DNA of 64,000 nucleotides from a virus (Duplodnaviria; Caudoviricetes): IMG/VR virus record IMGVR_UViG_3300028591_000007, positions 1 to 64,000 of that record; one strand, 5' to 3'. Shown piece by piece: positions 56,363 to 64,000 of this stretch (position 1 is its first letter; each line of letters starts with the position of its first letter). The notes under the pieces were generated by a model. It saw only the letters and a program-made list of their open reading frames with translations, ran no database searches and was not told where the DNA came from. The position numbers and the translations under genes were made by a program.

Positions 56363-59300
56363 TCAATATGCTAATGGATTTTTACCAGTTTGTCTAAATT
56401 TTTGTCTATTCATATTTACAACAGTTTCATAAATATTATTTGTATCAGCTTCAGTATTAATATTGATATCGATGATGTCACCTTCTGCAACCATTTGCAT
56501 GAATGAATTAACAACAGTAGTTAATGTTGCAACTTTGTTAGACAAATCCGCAAATGAACCATTGTAATTCGGTGTATCATCTTTAAATGAATTAAGAGTA
56601 GCTTGAGCAGTTGGCATAAAATTATTCAATGCTGTGTTTACACCTTTTACTCCATTTTGAATTGATGTATCATCAAGTATAGGAGTAATAGTAGGCTGAA
56701 TAGTATCATCGTCAAGTGAATCTACCATTGCCTGCAAACCAAGTTTAGTAGTATCAGTCATTAAATCTGTTGCATCAGTAAGAGTACTTAACACGCTTGA
56801 TATGTTTTCATCGATACCAATATTAAAACCTTGCATAAAGTAATCCATTATAGAAATCGCTTCAGTCGAAGGAGATTTAATGCCTAATGCCTGACGTATT
56901 GTTTGAATCATATCATATGTTACTTGAGCTGCTTTTAGTTTGCCATCTTTATCAATACTTAGCCAACCTTCATCCATACCAAGTTGGAATAGTCTAAATA
57001 TTTCTTTAGCATCATATTTGAGATTAGTTGAATCCATAAAATCTTTGAAAACACTCATATCTTTATCTGATAAAGTTGAATATTTACCATGGGTTTTGGT
57101 CCAATCTTCTCTAATATCACGAGTAGCAATATCAAAAGTAGCTTTTTCTAATGCTTCAGCTCCTCTTTTTTTAGCTTCAATTAATTCTTTTTCACGTTCT
57201 TCTTCTTTCTTAGCTTCTTCAGCTTCTCTTTCTTTAATACGTTCAAGAGCAGCTTGTTGTTCAGGTGTAGTACTGCCAACATTTAAGAATTTCTTGTCTT
57301 TATCTTTACTAAGTTTATTGGTCGCATTAGTTATAGTATCATCTATTTCTTGTGTATACTCTTGAATCTTCTTTGTTCCAACAATATCACCAAAATATGT
57401 TTCATAGAAATCTTTTTGCGAAAGCCAATGCAATTTCTGATCTTTTGTTAAATCTGTATATTCTTTAGAACTCATAAATTTTATTAAAGAATCATAAGCT
57501 TCTTTTATTTCATCTCTATAAACATTTTTAGCATTTGACCATCTTGCAATTTCAGAAGTATCATTATTAGTATAAGCATTTTGAAGACCATAATAGATTT
57601 CTTGTGCAGTTTCATAAGTTGTAAGATCATCTTTATCTTTTACTTTAATGCCGCCAACACTAATGTCACGCAAATATCCTAATATACTAGTTACTAAGTC
57701 AGTTTGTTGCGTAATATTATAACTTAATAAACCAGTGCTGGGGTCAAAAGCATTACCAAATTTAGTCTTTAAATCTTCAATCTGCTCTCTTGTAAGTTTT
57801 TCTGTTAAAGTATACCCTTCTTTATTTAATAAGCCATCAATTTGTGTACTAATAGTTCGAGCTTTTTCATTTGCTTCTTCTTCAATATAACCTCTACTAG
57901 CAACATAATCATAAAACTTTTGGAATTCTTCAGTAGAACCATTTATTGCGTCAAAAAGAATATGTCCATCAGCATCAATTAATGTACCATATGACTGTAA
58001 TTTTTTCAAAATAACACCTTTGTATTTTTCAAATTCTTCAGTCATTTCTTCGTCAGTAAAATTAACTTTACCTGATTCAAAAGTAAATATTCCTTCATGT
58101 GAATCATTATAATAACTCTTTAAAATATTTTTAAATGTTTCTTCTAATTCAGGCATTAGTATTTCGTTTTGAGCATCTTCTTCTTCACCTTTATAATGAA
58201 CATAACTAGATGATAATAATGCACTTGCATAATCTTCTAATCCTTGCGACAATTCAATAAATGTTACTTCTTTTCCAGAATCGATTTTATCTCTATAATC
58301 TTTGAAAATATTAACAACATCTTCGGCACTTAATGCTATATTCTTATTTTGTGTTGTGGCCAATTTTAGTAAATTAGTAAAATTACTATATTTTCCATTT
58401 ACATCATTTTGACTTAATACTTTATCAAAATAATTAATTAATTCTTGATTACCACTATAAATTTGTTTAGCACGACCTTTACCACTAAGAAAATCTAAAG
58501 CATCTTGTACCCATCCGCCACCAAATGTTAAAACATTACTAATACCCATCATAATGCCTTGTCCAATTTTATCGCCTAAATTACTTGCTTCCTTTTCTAT
58601 ACCACCATCTTTAGTAATATTATTGATAGCTTCTTTAACTTCATCTGGAAGTAATTCTTTTATCTTATCACCAGCATTACTAATAGTTTCGTCAACAATA
58701 CCACCATCACCATTAAATAAATTACCAAGAGTCGAAGCAAAATCTCCATCTATTCCAAAGAAACCAGTAATCTTTCCACCAATATCTGAAAGACCACTAT
58801 CAATCTTTTCTTTAAGATCTGGATTATCAAATGCATCACTTAAACCACCACTAAATATACTACTAAGTGTATCTGCAAAACTACCACCCTTAGCTGATTT
58901 ATTAGCAATTTTTGTTTCAAGTTCAGCAAGCCCTTTAAGTTTTTCGTTTGTCTTAGTAATTTCATCTTTATAATCTGCTTGTGCTTTAGCCCATTCTTGA
59001 GGATTAGTTTGCTGAAGTGATGCATTTTGCTTATTCCAAGCATCCATCAACTTATTACGTTCTTTTATGAGGTCATCATATTTCTTTTGTTCCTCCTCAG
59101 TAAGACCATCATCACCAAGGAATTTACTAAAGAATGAATCAAAAAAACCTTCACCAGCTTTTTCAGCTTCTTCATCAATATCTAAATTATCCCATATGCC
59201 TTTCATGCCTTCTTGGGCTTTCTTAATGGCGTCATCCATACCTTCAGTAAATCCTTCGGCCATATCTGCACCAGCTGATTTATTTTTATTAGTTTCATCT

Positions 59301-62300
59301 CCCATACCATTTATGAAACCTCTAACAACAAATCGACCATTCTCATAGAATACTTTTGAAGGTGAAGCTATACCAAGTTCATCACAGAATGATTCATTGG
59401 TAAGATCTGCCATGCCGACAGCGGTCTTTGTTATAAGACTCTTACTCTGTTTAATACCAAGATTAAGACCTTGTGCTAAATACTTACCATTTTGAGCCAT
59501 TACTTTTGAAGGTGATTTGGTTTTAGATTCTTTCTTCCAACCTTGATTAAATATACTGAAGGTTGTTTCACCAAGACCAAATACATCTTTAAGCATACTT
59601 GCACCAACAGCAACAGCAGCAAAAGCAGCAGCCATTACAGCTAATCCAGCCGCTATTTCTAAAGAAGTCATCATAAAACTATGACCAACTTGTGCAGTAG
59701 CAAATGAGCTAATCATTGTAGTTAATACATAGAAAGGAACAATGATTGCTGCTAAACCGCCAAGTATCTCTGTTAGTTCGGTACCACGTAATAAGTTAAA
59801 TGCTTCAAATATCTTTGGTACTACAAATGCAAGAAGTAATAAATTAGCAGCTAGACCAATAATGGATGCAACAAGACCTTTTATACCGCCATGATGACTA
59901 ACGCCGGCTTTTTGTACTTCTGCCATAGTATGCATCATTATACCGATAATAGCGGCTATTCCAAGCAATGTTGAAGCTATAACTTCCCAAGAAATATTTT
60001 CTAATCTTGCTAATGATGGAATCAATACTAAACCAACTTCACCAAGTATTACTGTTATTAAGAATAATGATGAAAGAATTGTAGCAAATTGTCGTTCATT
60101 TAATTTAATATTTCCAACACTATTTATAAATTTTGAGATAAATAACAATATAAGACCAACTGCAGCTAATGTCGAACCAATAAGTGTAGCTATCATTCCT
60201 ATATAGCCAATTTCTGTTCTAAAAATGCTTCGCATGTATAAAGCTGAAAGTGTTATTTCTCCAACTAATATTAATAATGATATAAATGTTAATTTAAGTA
60301 TATTGAAAGTATTTTCATTATATGATGATGTTGAAACTTTTGTAAAGAATATCGTAAGAGCTGCAAATACTCCACCAATTAATAACAATGTACCTATTAC
60401 AACTGTAGATATAGTTCCAATGTAACCCAAAGTATCAGTATAAGCTAATTTTATAAATATAGCACTTGTTGTTAATAGAAATATTAAACCACCAATTGAT
60501 ATAAATGTCGCTACAATTACAGATAAAATACTATCTATATTAGTCATATAAGCAGTTCTAAATGAATTACTAATTGACTTTATAGCTTTTGATAATATAA
60601 GCATTGACAGTGCTAATATTCCCAATATTGTAACAGCCATAGTTCCAATAACAGTTAATGCATCGCCAATATTACCCTCATACATATATTTTATAGCAGC
60701 TAGCATTCCAACAAATGAAGCTGTTAATACACCAATAAATATTGATAATGTATTTACTAAACGAACAAGATCATTTCTTGCTGTGGCATCATCTTTAGTT
60801 GTTTTAACAATCATTTTGGCAAATACTCCAAAGCCAACCATTATTGCTAAGAAAGTACCAAGAACAAGTAATACTGAACCAACACTTAATTCTTTACCTT
60901 GATCTTCAAATATATGTGACAATACAACAATAGAAGCAATAACGGCTCCCATGGAAAGTATTATTGTTAACCATGTTTTAGCATTTATTCTTCTTAATTC
61001 ACCCATAAGTGAAGATAAACCTTTAAGTATTCTTTCAATTGCAATACCGATTAGTAATGATAATAAACCAAGTGATGCTGCAGAACTTAAAAGACTTGTA
61101 TTATCTATTTTGGATATTTCTTGTAACATAGGTATCATGAAATTTTTAATTACATGTACTATATTACTAAATACTAAACCAGCTGCCAATATCTTTAAAC
61201 TGCCACCTTTTCCATTAGCACCAGCAGTTAATAAATAGAATGACGCACCAATACCAAGTATTGTAGTAACTACCATAAGAACTGCTTGCATGTACTGAGG
61301 AAACTTGTCTACATTTTGAACCAATTCATCTAGCATTGGCATTACTATAAATACTGTAGCAGCAATCATAGCAACAACACCAGCAGCAACTGCTAAACCA
61401 CTTTTAAGATTACCTGATGTTGCTAAAAATCTTGACATTACTATTGTAACAATTGTCATTACAGTGATTAAAGCAACAAGCATACCAAATGCTTCCCAAA
61501 TCAGTCCAGTATCCTTTTTATTAGTCACAAATACACCAGTTAATGTTTTAATAGCTATTGCCAAAAACATTATTGATGCACCAATACCAACAAGTGCTGC
61601 AGCAACAGCAGCCAAATGTTTAACAATACCAGATTTCTTTAATACTTTACCTATTAACCATAATGCACTTACTATTGTTAATATTGGAGCTAGAGTTCCA
61701 AGTATTGTACTAAATAATCGTTCAACATTTAATTTCTTTTCACCAGTCTTTTTTCCGTTTTCATCAACTACATCATCAAATAAACTATTAAATGCTAATC
61801 TAAGTAAGAATATAGCACCTATAGTTGTAATAATAGCTGCTGTTAAACCAAATAACATTCTTGCAGCTGATTCAAGAGGATCTGCTTTGAAAAAGTCCCA
61901 AATGTTTTCAGCACCATGATTAAACTTGGTCATTAATGTTAATGCAGTTAAGAATACACCTAATGCTATAGCAACGCCAAGTAACATATTCTTTAAAGTT
62001 TCAAGATTCTGAGTAGGTAAAAATGATATTGCTGTAAGTACACCAAGTACAAGACCTGCTGCTATTGCAAATTTAAGCAATGAAGTCGATATTGCATTCA
62101 TTGTTTGCGCTTTGAAATAGGTTCCGATCTGTTTGATTGTCTTAGCAGTATTTCTGAATACTTTAAGCAAACCACCTGAACCAATTATCTTTACAATACC
62201 TCTTAATACTTTGAATAATTCAAGAGCTCCAATTGTTTTAATTGATTTACCTATAACTTCCAATATATGAAGAATATCGCCAGTCTTGAATGCTTCACCT

Positions 62301-64000
62301 ATATCATACATACAAGCAGCAACGCCTTCAAACAAAGCAAATAAAGTAGGTCTTATTACATTTGTATAAAGCCATCTTATAATAGTTCCAACTTCATAGA
62401 AAACATCTTTTAATGAATTGATAGCATGACCAACTTTACCACTAGTTGCAGCTTCATCAAATCCAAGTAATGCTCCAATAGTACTACCAATTTTTGTGAT
62501 AATATTATCGAGCATTGCGGCTAACATTTTTAAGAAGTTTCCAACACCACTTCCACCTTTAAATCTATTAAATATATCTGCTAATGACTCTGTTGAATTC
62601 CAAGCTTTCTTAGCTTTATCACCAATATTTTTGAAACCATCAGCAACATTCTTTAATACATTACCGCCATTTCCACTAAATAATCCTTTAAGTTTATTAA
62701 TTAAATCGCCTATTGTGTTAGCAATAAATGAAATAACTGGTCCTAAAAATCTTCTTAATACACCAACAAGATTAATTACAACTGACAATATCACCTGAAG
62801 AATAGTCTTTAATACTTCTCCAACAGTTGCCATTGCTTGTACTTGATCTACACCTTTTTCCCAACCAAAGAAAGCATCTGCTATACTAGCTAATAATTCA
62901 AGTATTGTACCAAATATACTATTGCCAGCTCCGAATAAAGTATCGAATATTGGTTTGATAATATTATTCCAGATACCAAGTATAGCTTTGCCAATTAACC
63001 TAAAGAATGATACAACACCTCTAAGTATTCTTGCTAATCTTTTTATTGTTTCTTCACTTGGTCTAATTTTATCAGTTAATTCTTTAAATCTTAAAGCGAT
63101 TGAATTTAATGCATCTTGTACAGTTTTGGATTGAGGTAAAAATTGTCCAATAACAGATCCAATAACTTTAATTAAAGTAGTAATAGGACTAAATAAGTTC
63201 TTTATACCTTGTGAAATGTTACGGAAGAATGATGTCTTGCCAAGATTTTCCATTAATCTATAAAATCTTAAACCATCATTTCTTAACTTTTCACTAAATG
63301 ATAATAATCTCTTACCGCCTATATTGTCTTCTGTAACCTGATCCCAACCTTCACGAAGATTAAATAATAATGACTTAAAACCAGCTCCAAAAGCATATAT
63401 ACCTTGAAACATTCTTGTACGACCATCTACAAAAATAGTATTTTCTAATGCTTCATTTAATGTTTCAAGTTCTTTTTTAACTTCTTCAATTCTTTTTTTA
63501 TCAGCCTTTGTAAGGTCTGTTTTAGCAGTAATAGCATTTAATTCATTTTCATATTTTGCTATCTGATCTTCGACAGCATAAGTAGTTGTCTTTTCACCAT
63601 TAAGAAATACCGTATTAATTTCAGTGTCAAGTCTATCGATTTCTTGACGTAAAAACTTCATTCGATCTATCTCAGCTTGAACTGGTGAAGATTTGCTCTC
63701 TAATGATTTTAATTCTTTCTGGTATTTATTCATTAATGCTTCGAGAGCACTTGAACCACCACTACGCCAGTATTCAAATACATCATTTAAATCCCAAAGT
63801 CTATTAACAAATATTTCATACAAACTATTTGCCAAATCTGTCCAAAGTGATCTAGCTTCATCATAGTCACCAAATATATTTGTATAAATAGTTGTCCATA
63901 CAGTACTTGCTGCATCCTTTGCGGATTCAATTGCTTCCCCAAAAGTCTTAGCTTCCTGTGCTGCAGAGAACGCTTTAATACCATAACTTGATACATATGT
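56363..64000 (-). CDS. Tape measure protein (5'-truncated by the window edge)
   Basis: Frame open to 64000 (…AFSAAQEAKTFGEAI…IFGDYDEARSLWTDL); long amphipathic/TM region; LGI.SPS motifs. Confidence 0.9.
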   Translation of the reverse strand, partial: TYVSSYGIKAFSAAQEAKTFGEAIESAKDAASTVWTTIYTNIFGDYDEARSLWTDLANSLYEIFVNRLWDLNDVFEYWRSGGSSALEALMNKYQKELKSLESKSSPVQAEIDRMKFLRQEIDRLDTEINTVFLNGEKTTTYAVEDQIAKYENELNAITAKTDLTKADKKRIEEVKKELETLNEALENTIFVDGRTRMFQGIYAFGAGFKSLLFNLREGWDQVTEDNIGGKRLLSFSEKLRNDGLRFYRLMENLGKTSFFRNISQGIKNLFSPITTLIKVIGSVIGQFLPQSKTVQDALNSIALRFKELTDKIRPSEETIKRLARILRGVVSFFRLIGKAILGIWNNIIKPIFDTLFGAGNSIFGTILELLASIADAFFGWEKGVDQVQAMATVGEVLKTILQVILSVVINLVGVLRRFLGPVISFIANTIGDLINKLKGLFSGNGGNVLKNVADGFKNIGDKAKKAWNSTESLADIFNRFKGGSGVGNFLKMLAAMLDNIITKIGSTIGALLGFDEAATSGKVGHAINSLKDVFYEVGTIIRWLYTNVIRPTLFALFEGVAACMYDIGEAFKTGDILHILEVIGKSIKTIGALELFKVLRGIVKIIGSGGLLKVFRNTAKTIKQIGTYFKAQTMNAISTSLLKFAIAAGLVLGVLTAISFLPTQNLETLKNMLLGVAIALGVFLTALTLMTKFNHGAENIWDFFKADPLESAARMLFGLTAAIITTIGAIFLLRLAFNSLFDDVVDENGKKTGEKKLNVERLFSTILGTLAPILTIVSALWLIGKVLKKSGIVKHLAAVAAALVGIGASIMFLAIAIKTLTGVFVTNKKDTGLIWEAFGMLVALITVMTIVTIVMSRFLATSGNLKSGLAVAAGVVAMIAATVFIVMPMLDELVQNVDKFPQYMQAVLMVVTTILGIGASFYLLTAGANGKGGSLKILAAGLVFSNIVHVIKNFMIPMLQEISKIDNTSLLSSAASLGLLSLLIGIAIERILKGLSSLMGELRRINAKTWLTIILSMGAVIASIVVLSHIFEDQGKELSVGSVLLVLGTFLAIMVGFGVFAKMIVKTTKDDATARNDLVRLVNTLSIFIGVLTASFVGMLAAIKYMYEGNIGDALTVIGTMAVTILGILALSMLILSKAIKSISNSFRTAYMTNIDSILSVIVATFISIGGLIFLLTTSAIFIKLAYTDTLGYIGTISTVVIGTLLLIGGVFAALTIFFTKVSTSSYNENTFNILKLTFISLLILVGEITLSALYMRSIFRTEIGYIGMIATLIGSTLAAVGLILLFISKFINSVGNIKLNERQFATILSSLFLITVILGEVGLVLIPSLARLENISWEVIASTLLGIAAIIGIMMHTMAEVQKAGVSHHGGIKGLVASIIGLAANLLLLAFVVPKIFEAFNLLRGTELTEILGGLAAIIVPFYVLTTMISSFATAQVGHSFMMTSLEIAAGLAVMAAAFAAVAVGASMLKDVFGLGETTFSIFNQGWKKESKTKSPSKVMAQNGKYLAQGLNLGIKQSKSLITKTAVGMADLTNESFCDELGIASPSKVFYENGRFVVRGFINGMGDETNKNKSAGADMAEGFTEGMDDAIKKAQEGMKGIWDNLDIDEEAEKAGEGFFDSFFSKFLGDDGLTEEEQKKYDDLIKERNKLMDAWNKQNASLQQTNPQEWAKAQADYKDEITKTNEKLKGLAELETKIANKSAKGGSFADTLSSIFSGGLSDAFDNPDLKEKIDSGLSDIGGKITGFFGIDGDFASTLGNLFNGDGGIVDETISNAGDKIKELLPDEVKEAINNITKDGGIEKEASNLGDKIGQGIMMGISNVLTFGGGWVQDALDFLSGKGRAKQIYSGNQELINYFDKVLSQNDVNGKYSNFTNLLKLATTQNKNIALSAEDVVNIFKDYRDKIDSGKEVTFIELSQGLEDYASALLSSSYVHYKGEEEDAQNEILMPELEETFKNILKSYYNDSHEGIFTFESGKVNFTDEEMTEEFEKYKGVILKKLQSYGTLIDADGHILFDAINGSTEEFQKFYDYVASRGYIEEEANEKARTISTQIDGLLNKEGYTLTEKLTREQIEDLKTKFGNAFDPSTGLLSYNITQQTDLVTSILGYLRDISVGGIKVKDKDDLTTYETAQEIYYGLQNAYTNNDTSEIARWSNAKNVYRDEIKEAYDSLIKFMSSKEYTDLTKDQKLHWLSQKDFYETYFGDIVGTKKIQEYTQEIDDTITNATNKLSKDKDKKFLNVGSTTPEQQAALERIKEREAEEAKKEEEREKELIEAKKRGAEALEKATFDIATRDIREDWTKTHGKYSTLSDKDMSVFKDFMDSTNLKYDAKEIFRLFQLGMDEGWLSIDKDGKLKAAQVTYDMIQTIRQALGIKSPSTEAISIMDYFMQGFNIGIDENISSVLSTLTDATDLMTDTTKLGLQAMVDSLDDDTIQPTITPILDDTSIQNGVKGVNTALNNFMPTAQATLNSFKDDTPNYNGSFADLSNKVATLTTVVNSFMQMVAEGDIIDININTEADTNNIYETVVNMNRQKFRQTGKNPLAY

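Noticed and set aside
56-63134. Many plus-strand and nested ORFs in the track (e.g. 56-262, 933-1154, 1093-1338, 4812-5138, 47133-47675, 56940-57365, 61464-61919)
   Set aside because: Antisense or out-of-frame shadows of RBS-supported genes or RNAs, with no RBS and biased composition.
63787-63996. Separate 69-aa ORF upstream of the tape measure gene
   Set aside because: The tape measure frame is open through 64000, so this ORF is an overlapping off-frame artefact.
18147-64000. Stop-codon reassignment
   Set aside because: Very long genes read intact in code 11, and TAG/TGA end genes directly before new RBSs.

Overview
A 64-kb segment of a large, AT-rich (about 30% GC by eye) tailed dsDNA phage. 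The host is probably a Bacillota/Clostridia species, judged from strong AGGAGG RBSs, a Dp-1-type holin and a PG-binding endolysin. There are four regions. (1) 1-17.9 kb is an early/accessory region of short, self-contained cassettes. Each has a CGC-N15-TAT(T/A)AT promoter-like motif and usually a U-tract terminator, and carries a small (often membrane) protein or an ORF-less structured RNA. (2) 18.1-29.5 kb (minus strand) is an array of large, mosaic, charged proteins that share a leader ending in L-x-H, followed by either an H(H/Y)GxxGQKWGxR module or a KYY..G..RY(Y/F)YT..EWDAY module. Two of them end in papain-fold Cys-His-Asp toxin-like domains and sit next to small candidate immunity genes. 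(3) 29.5-51.9 kb holds the lysis genes, a beta-helix protein, three paralogous ~1.1-1.2 kaa tail-tip proteins and several fibre/adhesin genes. One glycine-rich domain is split into three collinear pieces on the C-termini of three different genes, and one fibre ends in a DGR-like variable region. (4) 52-64 kb holds a six-gene Gly/Asn/Cys-rich module of unknown function, a distal-tail-like gene and a >2500-aa tape measure protein that runs off the window edge. Late genes are preceded by a TCAAAAT(A/G)(G/A) motif. No capsid, replication, integrase, RT or CRISPR genes were recognised. All family assignments come from motif recognition, not database searches.
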